This document shows positions 16,200-30,515 of a stretch of DNA of 64,000 nt, piece by piece. The DNA is from the human T2T-CHM13v2.0 reference genome, Homo sapiens, in the NCBI GenBank assembly GCA_009914755.4, contig CP068257.2, positions 23,328,001 to 23,392,000 of the forward strand. Reading direction: 5' to 3'. A model generated the notes under the pieces. It made no database searches and was not told the origin of the DNA. It was given only the letters and a program-made list of their open reading frames with translations. How positions within the stretch are numbered: the stretch's first letter is position 1; every line of letters starts with the position of its first letter. A program made the position numbers and the translations under genes.

Positions 16200-16515
16200 A
16201 TTTATCCTTCCCTTCCTCCCCATAATGCTCTGGTGACCATTGATCTATGTACTGTCTCCATAGTTTTACCTTTCCTAAAATGTCACATAATCAGAATCAT
16301 ACAGTACATTCATCTTTTATATTGGTTTCTTTCACTTAGCAATATACAGTGAAGGTTTCCTCACATTTTTTCATGGCTTGATAGCTCATTTCTTTTTAAT
16401 ACTGAATAATTTTCCATTGTATGAATGTACCACAGTTTATCTATTATTGATGTACCAGAGTTTATTTATTCTATTGAAGGATGTCTAGGTTGGTTCCAGG
16501 TTTTGACAATTTCTG
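16200..16515 (-). mobile_element. Old LINE-1 3'-region fragment (antisense orientation)
   Basis: Matches the antisense L1 ORF2 C-terminal / 3'UTR block '...tttcacttagcaatatacagtgaaggtttcctcacattttttcatggcttgatagctcatttctttttaatactgaataattttccattgtatgaatgtaccacagtttatctattattgatg...'. Confidence 0.7.
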
Positions 16516-18133
16516 TAGCCCTTTTTCTTCTCCTAACTCCATCAATTTCATGCTGCCCATCCTTCATTTACTGCCCCATCCAATATAATTGCCTCATTTC
16601 TCTCACACTGTCCAAATATCCTTTTACTTCCCTTAATCTCTGCTTCAGGAGGAAGATTCACTGAGTGCCATCTTCAAACTGCGCTTTGTACCTTTACAGA
16701 GCTGTTTCCATCTGAAATGCCTTCCTCCTCTAAAATCACGAAATGTGTATTTGTGCGTGTGTTTGTGTGGGTGATACTCAATATATATTTATAAAGCTTA
16801 CCTACAATTTACATATTGTTTCTGAAAGACCAAATTTTCAATGAATTTTCTTGACAAGTGTATCTTCTTTTTTGTCATAGTCAAAGTCAAGGGATGTAGC
16901 CCGTTTTCTGCTGTGAAGCATTCCGTGATGTTGCCGACTAGCCAGGCATCTGAACATCAAATTATTAGCACGTTTTCTAGTCTCTGTTGCTCTCAGTAAT
17001 AACACCAGCTCTTAACTTAATCTGCACTAGGACATAAATTTATTATGTTAGAATTTGCCCAACACTGTCCTAACTGCTATTTGTTTTAAACATGCCCAAA
17101 AGGCATGAGATTGGAAAGTTGATTATTATTACCTCATTTTTTTTTTTTTTTTGGATGAGAAAACAAGAACTCAAGAGATTGTGACTTTCTTACAAGGGAG
17201 GGAAGATAAGTATTAAACTAGATCCTGTAAACTCATGCTTACAGTTTTGTTTTTTTCTTAAACAAACCTGACCTCTGCTGCTTCTTAAAGAACCAAACCT
17301 GTGTTTGTATGTATTTATCATACCTACATTTTGTTAACCTTTTTTGCATGGTTAAGTCAGAATCTTTCCTGAACTCAAAATTGGCCAAAAAATAGTTTTG
17401 TTTCATGCAACCTCTATGTCAAAGTATGAACTCAAATCTGAGCTACTACAATTATTACTTCATATACACCAACACACACACACAAGGAAATGATGAGCAT
17501 ACTAAATCAAATACAATTTTATTTCCTAATGAAATGAGCTAAGCATAAATATGACAAAGTGTGCAGTGGAGAATAATTATCAGCCTTCCTTTATAGACAA
17601 CATCAGGCTCGGCAAAGTCAATTTGAATATAAATGCAAAATATGTTGAGAACACATTTAGAGAAAAGCAATAATAGTTACTAAAATAGACTATTAAATTA
17701 TCTTTTAATAACTTTATAATAGCAAATGTAATACTGTGAAAAAGCCCAAGATCTCTAATAAAATCAGGCGAGTCTGATTTGCAAAAATAAATAAGATTTA
17801 AATCAGGTTAAATTTTATAAGCAGTGCTATAAAGTGAATTTGTTCTGCTATAGTATCTGCTAGATAGGAGGAATAGTTTGAACAACTAAGTTCTTTCAAA
17901 TTATCAAGTGTAAGAAATATGATAAGCATGAAAATACACTTAAAGCATGTATGTATAGATGATACTGGCAGTAGTAGTTGTATTACTGTATGTTGCCTAT
18001 ATTTAGATCTGATTTAGGATGTTCATGTGGTATAAATTTTAAAATATGGTTGATATTGAAAAAGGAGCATATTTGTATGAGTGTGTGTGGTTGTGTGTGT
18101 GTGTTTTACTATGCAGGATTTTAATATTTATAA

Positions 18134-18456
<323 letters not shown>

Positions 18457-18771
18457 AAGATATCCTTTATGTGCCAGCAGCTAATATTTGGAGCTGATAC
18501 TCTAAATACAATGTTTGAAAAGAAAAAACAAGAAAAGAAAAACAAATGTGCTCATTTAAGATTAGATTTGTGCTAAGAACATATGGATATATTGTGAGTA
18601 TAAGTGATTATGGGCATAGATACAATTGTCTCACTTTGGAATATACTGTTCTAGAAAGGTGACTGTAGCAGATTGCAAGAATGACTCCAATTTGTCACTC
18701 CCTCCTAGTTTCATCTTTTACCACATACTTTGCAGCATCCTCCATGCTGTAAAGTAGAGGATGCAAAGTGG

Positions 18772-19033
18772 TGAGGGTTGGAGTGGGGAGGGTTGGAGTG
18801 GTGAGGGATGGAGTGGCGAGGATTGGAGTGGCGAGGGCTGGAGTGGCGAGGGATGGAGTGGCGTGGGTTGGAGTGGCGAGGGCTGGAGTGGCGAGGGATG
18901 GAGTGGCGTGGGTTGGAGTGGGGAGGGTTGGAGTGGGGAGAGCTGGAGTGGTGAGGGTTGGAGTGGTGAGGGATGGAGTGGTGAGGGTTGGAGTATTGAG
19001 GCTTGGAGTAGTGAGAGTTGGAGTGGTGAGGGT
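18772..19033. repeat. G-rich minisatellite/VNTR, 15-bp unit TGGAGTGGTGAGGGT, about 17 copies with point variants (GGCGAGGGC, GGCGTGGGT, ...)
   Basis: Direct 15-bp periodicity read off the sequence. All ORFs here (18711..19295 on both strands) are repeat artefacts (PSPLQ, HSNPR and WSGEG repeats). Confidence 0.92.
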
Positions 19034-20139
19034 TGTAATTTCTTGATTCCGGGCTTAGCCAACTGACTTCCTCTGGCCAGTGAAATATTGGCAGATATAA
19101 CACAAGTAGAAGTTTTAAAAAGGCTTGTAAGCCCAGGCTTGCTTGCACTTGCCCTGTGCTCTTGCTATGATAATATATATGCTTCGCTTTGCTTCCTGGT
19201 CCCAGAAAAAGATGAAAGTCATACAGAACAGAGCCAAATGGTCCCAGTTGCCCCAGATGAGGCCAGTCTACACTAGCCAACAGCCTCCAACCCAAAGATG
19301 TATGAGTGACCCCAGCTAAGATCAGCCAAACTTTGCCCTCATAACTAGAAAGCTATCATAATAAATGATTGTTGTTTCAAGCAGTGAGTTTTGGAGATGG
19401 CTTACACAGCAATAGCCAACTCACACAGTGATGATATGATCTCCCAGATCAAAATGTTATTCTGTAGACATGAAGAGAAAATGAAGCAGCTGACTCTGGG
19501 AAATGAAAGGAAAAACAAAGCTGTTCTGAGAATGTTTTTTGGGGATTCTGTCCCTCATGGGTTTGCAGTAAAAATGATCATGCTACAAATACTGAGAGTA
19601 GTTTTGTCCCACAGTTTATAAGTTACACTGCACACTCATATTAATTTTTTCATGTGAAGGTCAAAAAATACTTAGTAGATGGGGCACATATTTCCATATA
19701 CTTTTTCATAAGTAGATGCACTCCCATAGAGCTAAATGCAGGGCTTGTCAACTCTAGTGCCTTTCCCCATTTCTGACTTGCCCTGCTACATTTTCATACA
19801 ATAGAGTGTCACTAAGGAGAGCAGAGCAGATAACCCAAGTGACAATGACAAATCACACAGTGCTATCACACAATAGTAGGAAAAAAAATGTTGCATTTCT
19901 GAAGACTGGACAAAGTGAACTCGTCCAAGTTCATAGCACAAGCAAAACTCACTTTTTAAGAGTCACTTGGAAATCATTTTCCAACATAAACACTGAGCAT
20001 CATCCTGAATGCTATCCTAAACCAGGTTCCCCAGGCACTGTGTGCTTTATGCCCCTCTAAATGCAATTTATGGTTGCAAAAAAATCTGGAGTCAAGTAGT
20101 TAACAAGGTCTCTGAGTGTTAATATAATAGCCCTTGCTA

Positions 20140-20424
20140 GGCCAGGTGCGGTGGCTCACACCTGTAATCCCAAAACTTTGGGAGGCTGAGGCAGGCAGAT
20201 CACCTGAGGTCAGGAGTTCCAGACCAGCCTGCCAACATGGAGAAACCCCATCTGTACTAAAACTACAAAATTAGCTGGTCGTGGTGGCAGGTGCCTGTAA
20301 TCCCAGCTACTCAGGAGGCTGAGGCAGGAGAATCGCTTGAACCTGGGAGGCGGAGGTTGCAGTGAGCCAAGATTGTGCCAGCCTGGGCAACAAGAGCAAA
20401 ACTCCATCAAAAAAAAAAAAAAAA
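20140..20424 (+). mobile_element. Alu (+ orientation)
   Basis: ggccaggtgcggtggctcacacctgtaatcccaaaactttggg...; poly-A 20409-20424; 11-bp TSD agcccttgcta. Confidence 0.93.
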
Positions 20425-20754
20425 GAAAGCCCTTGCTATAGCTTTTCTGTTGTTGTAGAAAGTCTCATCAATATTCTATCAGTAACTTACTGCCAAGTCA
20501 TTTTTACCTATAGCAGCAAGTCAGTCCAAATGACTCCAGGAAGTTTCCCTTGTGTGAAAGTCAATGAATCTATCTCCACTTCTTGGAGACAGGAACCAGT
20601 CAGAATAATAAAAAATAAAAGCAAAAATAAAATCTTCCAAAAAAGTTGTAGGCAAAATAAAACAATAAGGATCCCAAAAACAAATGGAATCCCAAATAAA
20701 TACATAAATATTTCTTAAGAAATAATTAATTTTAAACATTAAAAAAGGAAATAA

Positions 20755-21058
20755 GGCCGGGTGTGGTGGCTCACTCCTGTAATCCCAGCACTTTGGGAGG
20801 CTGAGGTGGGCAGATCATGAGGTCAGGAGTTCGAGACAAGCCTGACCAACATGGTGAAACCCTGTCTCTACCAAAAATACAAAAATTAGCCAGGCATGGT
20901 GGTAGGCACCTGTAATCCCAGCTACTCAGGAGGCTGAGGCAGGAGAATCGCTTGAACCTGGGAGGTGTGCACTCCAACCTAGGCAACAGAGTGAGACTCC
21001 GTCAACAAAAAAAACGAAAAAAGAAAAGAGAAAGAAAAAAAAAGAAAAACAACAAAAC
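20755..21058 (+). mobile_element. Alu (+ orientation) with an internal deletion in the right arm and a long A-rich tail
   Basis: ggccgggtgtggtggctcactcctgtaatccc...; missing about 30 bp near 'ggaggttgcagtgagccgagat'; tail aaaaaacgaaaaaagaaaagagaaag... Confidence 0.88.
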
Positions 21059-21559
21059 CTAAAAAAATTAAAAGGAGGGAATTAAATGTATATGTCTCTT
21101 CTTTTGCCAGGTAATCCATTCATCAAATATGTATGAATTTTGAGGTAGATAATTTTGTGTAATTTTCTCAGTGTTTTCTTTTTTTGAAAACAGAATCAGC
21201 TGTGTGCTGAATATTTTTGTGTAATACATATTTTACCTTTGAGTATGGGCTATTTGATTATTATTCAAGTATAATTGAAACAACCTCATTGTCTGTGGTA
21301 AATACCAAGGTTCTTGGCCTCACAGCCAAGGAGATCGAGGTCACAGACACACACAGGCAGAGTGAGTTTTGGAGCAGGAGTTTAGTAAGCAAAAGGAAAG
21401 AACAGCTCTTCATTACAGAGAGGGATCTGGAGCGGGGTTGCTGGGTGGTAGAAAAAATATCAGGGGTTTCATAAATGGGCTAGGGAGAGGGGGCTGTTGA
21501 GAAGGGGATGTCTTAAGAATAATTCCCTCAATAAACGGCTTCTTCTCCCTCAAACCCAA

Positions 21560-22400
21560 AGAATAGGAAGCTATCCAGGAGAGAACTGGCAATTAGTCCA
21601 CCCACATGCCGAAGACAAAGCGCATCCAATACTTCCTAGCGTGGGTAGATATTTTCACTAATTGGGTAGAAGCATTTCCATGCCGTACAGAAAGCGCCTC
21701 TGAAGTAATAAAAGTGCTAGTTAATGAAATAACTCCCCGCTTTGGCCTACCTAAGTATCTCCGAAGCGACAACGGCCCCTCATTTAAAGCAGCTGTCATC
21801 CAGGAGGTCTCAAAGGCACTAGGCATACAGTGCCATCTCCATTGTGCTTGGAGGCCCCGGTCCTCAGGAAAGGCAGAGAAAACAAACATTATCAAAAGAC
21901 ACCTCAGAAAACTGTCCCAGGAAACTCAACTTCCTTGAGTCTTTCTTCTTCCCATAGCTTTACTACGAGTAAGAAATACCCCTTCAAAGTTAGGCCTGAG
22001 CCCTCTCGATATACTGTAGGGATGGCCTTTCCTTACAAATGACTTCCTATTAGATCAGGAAACCTCCGAATTAGTTAAGCACGTAACCTCCCTGGCTCAT
22101 TTCCAACAGGAATTAACACAACTAGCAGAGGCCCAACACAAGGAAACAGGACCACCTCTATTTAACCCAGGAGATTTGGTACTGGTGAAGTCTCTTCCTT
22201 CTCTCTCCTGTCTTTAAACCCGAGTTGGGAGGGGCCTTAAACCGTTCTTCTCTCCACCCTCTTGACAATAAAAGTTACCTGAATCTACTCCTGGATACAT
22301 CACACTTGAGTTAAAGCTTGGAAAACTGAGGGAAAAGTCCCTGACAGCCCAGAAAAACGCCCTGAATATCACTGTGAACAAATAGAGGATCTCAAGCTGA
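21560..22400 (+). pseudogene. pol: Retroviral integrase remnant (catalytic core plus C-terminal region), N-terminal HHCC zinc finger missing; frameshifted at its 5' edge
   Basis: ORF 21606..21938 plus downstream frames ('...PGDLVLVKSLPS...'); canonical SDNGPxF and C(A)W/YRPxSSG motifs. Confidence 0.75.
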
Positions 22401-22818
22401 GAACAACCAAAGGTAAGTAAATGAATGAGGGCTACTCATTCCACATAGCCCCCTCTTTGCCTTACCAAATCCTCTCAGTTATTTCCACCTTTCCCCTTGA
22501 ACTTCGCCGCCAGACATTACAACTCTTCTTTGATGCATACTTGCAGGGAGATTTTGACTATCCTTGGGAGTACGTTTGTAAGTTCATAGACCTACAAGGG
22601 GAAATTGTATATTCTGGCAAATGGTAAATAAATTTTGGATGGAAATAGCTTACTACATTATAATTGCAGGAATTGCTATACTTACTCTGCTGTTTGCAGT
22701 GGGACTATATACCATGATACACAGTGGAATTCTGGACACAGAATTGTACTTGCTGTAATCTTCTGCCTAACTATCACCTTTATAACAGGTCTAATAATTA
22801 CAGAAAAAAAAGACAAAT

Positions 22819-24600
<1,782 letters not shown>

Positions 24601-25079
24601 ATGCTGAACCTCCTTGTAAAGTTCATCTCTTCTTGCCTAGAAACCATCTAGTTTCAAATGGTGCTGCAAATGGAGCTGAAAATGAAACTGTCCTTCTAAA
24701 ATGAAACCGCCCTTCTACCGGGGACCCTTAAATTGATCCCTGGAGGAGCCCTAATTGCTGGTCCCCACACAATACCCCTCTCCAGCAGGAAGTGGCCAGA
24801 AGAAGTCGTCACCCAATTCCCCCTAACAGCAGTTAGGGATCCCATTGCAGAGGGGAGAAATATGTTATAGGAGACAAAAAGAAATTATTTAGGTAGACAG
24901 GGTAAAGCGAGTCCCCGGCAGGAAACTTTCCTTTTAACAAAAAGCAGCTCAAACAGAGCTCCCTTTCTAACCTCATGCAGTTCAAGGATGCCACTTCTCT
25001 TCTAACAACAAGCAGCCTGAAAGAGCAGACAACAAAACACAGATAAGACAGCTGGGGCACAGAAGGAGGGGGGAAGGTC

Positions 25080-25650
25080 TCCTGGATAATCACCAAACTT
25101 CACATTTATACCATGGGTCCCAGTAAAACAGTGGGCTGTAATAAGCACATTCCTTTCCCTTTAGGTGCACTAAGATAGGGAAGCTAAAAGCAGATTTGGA
25201 GGTATGCCTGCAGCTGCAGGAAGACGTATGGGAACAGACAGAAACTCTCCCTCCCACGTAAGCAAGACAAAGAGACACAGACTAAAAGTTGGCCTATGTG
25301 GTCCGGGAATGGAGTGGGAACTGATAAAACAAACAAACAAACAAACAAAAACTCTGCTCTATACAGATAGCATACCTGGCTCAACTGAACCTTTGGGCAC
25401 CCAGGAGGATAAGACACCCCCTTCTCAACAGCCCCCTTCTCACTAGACCATTTATAAAAACCCTGGCATTTTTACTGCCACCCAGCAACCCACTCAGGAC
25501 CCCTCTCTGTAACGGAAAGCTGTTCTTTCCTTTTGCCTGTTAAACTCCTGCTCCGAACTCACTGTGTCTGTGTGTGTGTCCATGACCTCTGTCTCCTTCA
25601 CTGTGAGACCAAAAACCTTGGTAGTATTTACCCCAGACGACGAAGCTGCT
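25080..25650 (+). repeat. Probable 3' LTR of the ERV (boundaries uncertain)
   Basis: Purine-rich tract aggaggggggaagg just upstream; TATA-like 'ccatttataaaaaccc' at about 25450; R/U5-like 'cctgttaaactcctgctccgaactcactgtgtctgtgtgtg'. No 5' LTR is available for comparison. Confidence 0.4.
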
Positions 25651-26002
25651 TTATAATTATGTTCTTGTAAAGCATTTCTGAAAATGTTATTGCTCCAAAT
25701 TGTAAAATTGCAAGTTTAATATTAAAAGAAAATAAAACAAAAATTACGTTTTTTCTAATGCCTTCAACTCCTAAATAACCTGAATCGAAGTTACCAGGGA
25801 GGTTTTTAGTATTATTAAATACTAGATACTGCCAATTAAAATGAATCCTATATTGCTATATAAAATGAACTTCTGCTGTTTTTTAATATTCTTTGGACAA
25901 TAATCCACCCATGGCACATTTCAAAAAGTAACTCTGACATAAAAATAGGAAAGTTCTCTACCAGAACATAAAGTTACATCTCTCTTTGATAACAGACTAC
26001 TT

Positions 26003-26550
26003 GTAGATTTAGTTTTGTTTTGTTTTTTGTTTCTTTTATACTTCAAGTTCTGGGGTACATGTGCACAATGTGCAGGTTTGTTACATAGGTATACATGTGC
26101 CATGTTGGTTTGCTGCATCCATCAACTCGTCATTTACATTATGTATTTCTCCCAATGCTATCCCTCCCCTAGTCCCCCACCCCTGACAGGCCCCGGTGTG
26201 TGATGTTCCCCTCCCTGTGTCCATGCGTTCTCATTGTTAAACTCCCACTTATGAGTGAGAACATGCTTGGTTTTCTGTCCTTGTGATAGTTTGCTGAGAA
26301 TGATGGTTTCCAGCTTCATCCATGTCCCTGCAAAGGACATGAACTCATCCTTTTTTATGGCTGCATAGTATTCCATGGTGTGTATGTGCCACATTTTCTT
26401 TATCCAGTCTATTATTGATGGATATTTGGGTTGGTTCCAAGTCTTTGCTATTGTGAATAGTGCCACAGTAAACATACGTGTGCATGTGTCTTTATAGTAG
26501 CATGATTTATAAATCCTTTGGGTATATACCCAGTAATGGGATTGCTGGAA
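26003..26550 (-). mobile_element. LINE-1 (L1PA-like) 3' end, 5'-truncated, antisense orientation
   Basis: Matches antisense L1PA 3'UTR/ORF2 C-terminus ('...acttcaagttctggggtacatgtgcacaatgtgcaggtttgttacataggtatacatgtgccatg...'). The - strand ORF 26158..26475 is the L1 ORF2p C-terminus (...IDWIKKMWHIHTMEYYAAIKKDEFMSFAGTWMKLETIILSKL...). Confidence 0.88.
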
Positions 26551-26933
26551 GAAAGAAGGGGGATCAATAGGGAAAAGTTCAATCCTAATACATGTAATCC
26601 TTTAGTCAATTACATGTATGTGGCTAAGGACAACTTGGTTCTTTTGAGTGGCAGAGCAATATTATATCACCTAACAATTGAATGACACACAATGGATAAA
26701 ACATGTGTGATATATATACATACATCTAAAATCACTTTTCCTCCCAGAAAGGGAAAAAGTTACAAGTCACATAAATACAAAAATGCATTTATTTCAGAGA
26801 CTTTTAAAACATTTATCCTAAAGACAAAAAAAAAAAAAAACCACAGAAATACCTGAAACAATCATATAGATCTCAACCCCTCCCAGACAATGACAACACC
26901 TAAAATTGTTTCATGATTGAAGTTACCTGTCAT

Positions 26934-27271
<338 letters not shown>

Positions 27272-27796
27272 TTACCTGTCATCTGAATGTTATATATCTA
27301 TGTTATACATTTACTATATTTTGTATTCGTGTTTAATCATGAACACATTCTACTAAATATGAGAAAGATTCTGTATGATTCTGGATCCTGCCCTAAGAAC
27401 AGTGTATCCTCAAATAACAGTCCTGCTTGTGCACTTATCTTCTCACTCTGTAGCCATTTCTAATAAAGCCACTAACTTTGCTCTTTAGATTAGAATTTAC
27501 CCACATGATTCTTGAGATCAGTGCTACCTATAGTTCACCTAGGAATGTTCCATCCTTAGTCATCCAGGAAAGTCCATAAAAACTGTCAATTAACAGTTTA
27601 GTCACAATGTGATACCAAAAAATCCCATCATTAGAAACCAATTTGCAAGGTGGGCTCTGATTTTCCTACTCAAAAATGACAGGCAAAAAAAAAAAATTTA
27701 CTTTAATTATTTTCGGACTAGGATCTGAGGTGAGAAATCACCTCTGTACTTTTGCCCAGGATCATCTGGAGATAGAAACCACAAGGAAAGCAGAAA

Positions 27797-28197
27797 CTTC
27801 CCCCACCATCCCTCCACCACAAGTCCTATGGTCTGTTTTAACCAGACCAGCCAGCCCTGTTTTACTCTATCTGAGTAAAGTTGTGTTTAAAGAAAATAAT
27901 TCATTGGTTAAAAAAATAAATAAAATGACTAACTTAGTTCAAGTCTTAATATTAAATATTAAGCTTAGTTCAGTTCTGAACATTAAAATATTAGGCTTCC
28001 CCCACCATCCCTCCACCACAAGTCCTATGGTCTGTTTTAACCAAACCAGCCAGCCCTGTTTTACTCTATCTGAGTAAAGTTGTGTTTAAAAAAAATAATT
28101 CATTGGTTAAAAAAATAAATAAAATGACTAACTTAGTTCAAGTCTTAATATTAAATATTAACCTTAGTTCAATTCTTAATATTAAAATATTAGGCTT
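27797..28197. repeat. Two-copy direct tandem duplication, unit about 199 bp, about 96-97% identical
   Basis: 'cttcccccaccatccctccaccacaagtcctatggtctgttttaacca[g/a]accagccagccctgttttactctatctgagtaaagttgtgtttaaa...aaatattaggctt' occurs twice back to back (27797-27995 and 27996-28197). Confidence 0.88.
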
Positions 28198-29214
28198 AGA
28201 ATGGTTATAAATATATAAACCTTTTATCACTGGAGAATGAAAATTAAAGAAGTAACACAATTTTTCCTGATTAAATTTATAAAAATTATCTTGTTTGAAT
28301 GTCTAATCTTCTACTTCCGTTTCTAAGTATAAATTTTACATAGACACCTATAGAATTCAATCAATTAAAATTTAAATTAAAAAATATAGGCTACTTTATG
28401 GTTTTGTTTGGTGATTTAATTACTTCAGTCAGTATTTATTAACTTGGCTTTTATTTCACCATATCAATATTTACCAGCTGAGTTTTAACTTCGGTTATAT
28501 AAGTATCTATAATACATTTAAAATATTCGCTAGAATAGAGTGGTATAGTGGACACTGAAGACTCAGAAGAGGACAAGGGTGATGAGTAAGGAATGAAAAA
28601 ATACCTATTGGGTACAATGTGCACCATTTGGGTGTCAGATACGCTCAAAGCTCAGACTTTATCACTGTATAATTCTTTCAGGTAACCAAAAACCACTTGT
28701 ACCCCTAAAACTATTAAAATGTGTTTTAAAGTATATCATAAATACAAAAAAAATAATAAAATAAAATATTCTCTAGGTATAAAATGTTCAATAAAGTGTT
28801 AGAATTAGGGTAAAACAGACAAAAATGGAAATGGGCAAATTGTAAAGATCAGACAGACTCATCAGAGAACAGTAGGTGGCTAGGACATACTGAAGAAAGA
28901 GGCGTAACAGTAAAATTTTGAAAGTCAAAATCCAACATAGATTGGCAAGTCAATTCTCACATTTTTGATGAAAAGAGAAATAATTACCATGGCAGTACAA
29001 TAGTAAAACAATGTCGATGAGTGCTTAGTGGGATCTTGCCAAAGTTAAAGTGTAGCTCCGTATTTTTATTTTTCTGTTTTCAACTTTATAGTGGCTTTAT
29101 ATGAAACTTAAAACGCAGAGTCCTTGACCAATTTCTGCATGGCCCTACTTTTCTGACATCATTGCACTCTTTTTTTTTCTTTTTTTTCTTTTTTCTTTTT
29201 TTTGGCACATATAT

Positions 29215-29330
29215 AGTTTGCTTTCATACTAGAATGTAAGTTCCCTGAGGCAGGGACTCACGCACTCCTGGCTTGTTCGCTCCCTCTGTCCCCAGCCTGA
29301 CACCTAAGTGTCTTTAAAAATGTTCGTTGA
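29215..29330 (+). repeat. MIR-like SINE core fragment
   Basis: '...ctagaatgtaagttccctgaggcagggactcacgcactcctggcttgttcgctccctctgtccccagcctgacacctaagtg...' resembles the conserved MIR core (tagactgtaagctccttgagggcagggac...). Confidence 0.4.
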
Positions 29331-30135
29331 CTATCAACATAATTGACTGGCTATTGGAATCATGCAGCACTGGAAAGCCAAGTTATAGGATGATTGATTT
29401 ATCGAGCATTTACTCAGAGAATGGAGGCTGGACAGTCTGAGGTATATTTTTTTAGTTCACTCTTTTTAGCAAATAATTTTTGAACTTATGCTTTTTACTT
29501 ACCCATTTATTTCTTCATTTACAAAACATAGGATGAGAACTTATCATGTGCTAGGAACTATTTTAGGTGCTGAGAGTAAATATTTTAATCACAACAGATA
29601 AGAACTCTCTTCTCATAGACTTGGTATTTATTTTTGTTTTCTGTCCTTTTCTTTTTCCTCTTTATTTTATTTTTTGGCATGTAGAGAAAGAATCTATCTT
29701 TGCAGAGTGGAAAGTGCCAGGAAGAAACTAAAACTAATTAATATTATAGAGACTGACTTACCCTTCTCACTCCAATGCTGAGTGGCATCTCAAGGAAGTA
29801 ACATTTGAATCGAATTTCAAGACAAGAAGGAACCAGCTAAGAAATTATTTGTCAGGAAAATGTTCCAAGTGGTAACACAGCTGGTGACAAGGCCCTAAGG
29901 CAACAGCAAATGTGGAATAATCAAGGAAGAGAGGAATACTAGTTGAAATGTAGAATGGGCACTGGGGAGAAAGTTGTGAGATGAGCTGGGGAGGAAAGAG
30001 TGATTTATATGCCCTGGTCAGACATTTCAAGTTCATTCTACATGAAATGAAACACCACTGGAGCATTTTAAGTGGAAGAATGATGTAATACAGATTGCAT
30101 TTTAAAAGATAATTTTGTTGCTAGGTAAGGAGTTG

Positions 30136-30515
30136 ATATGGTTTGGCTATGTCCCCAACCAAATCTCATCTTGAATTGTAGCTCCCATGATTCCCATATG
30201 TTATGGGAGGGACCTGGTAGGAGATCATTGAATTATGGGGGCAGTTCCTCCATACTGTCTCATGAATAAGACTCAGTGAGTAAGTCTCATGAGATCTGAA
30301 GGTTTTATAAGGGAAACCCCTTTCACTATGCTCTCATTCCCTCTTGCCCACCACCACATCAGAAGTCCCAATGCTCTCCCTTCGTCTTCCGCCATGATTG
30401 TGAGGCCTCCCAAGCCATGTGGAGCTGTGAATCAATTAAAGCTGTTTCTTTTATAAATTACCCAGTCTCAGGGATGTCTGCAGCATGAGACCAGACTAAT
30501 ACAAGAGTAGACTGA
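30136..30515 (+). mobile_element. MaLR solo LTR (THE1/MST-type)
   Basis: tgatatggtttggctatgtccccaaccaaatctcatcttgaattgtagctcccatgattcccat...ccatgattgtgaggcctcccaagccatgtggagctgtgaatcaattaaa...ttataaattacccagtctcagg...gactaatacaa matches the THE1/MST LTR consensus end to end. Confidence 0.78.

Noticed and set aside
18772-19033. A regular short-repeat array (possible CRISPR-like structure)
   Set aside because: Units are contiguous with no unique spacers; the sequence is a eukaryotic minisatellite.
18711-19295. 194-aa and 114-aa ORFs with proline/serine/histidine repeats (and + strand WSGEG/VARDG repeat ORFs)
   Set aside because: They are produced in every frame on both strands by the 15-bp minisatellite. 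They show no start context or conservation logic and are simply periodic DNA.
21060-21555. Possible upstream continuation (RNase H) of the ERV pol
   Set aside because: No frame shows RNase H or RT motifs (no TDGS, no YXDD), so the ERV is called as beginning about 21555.
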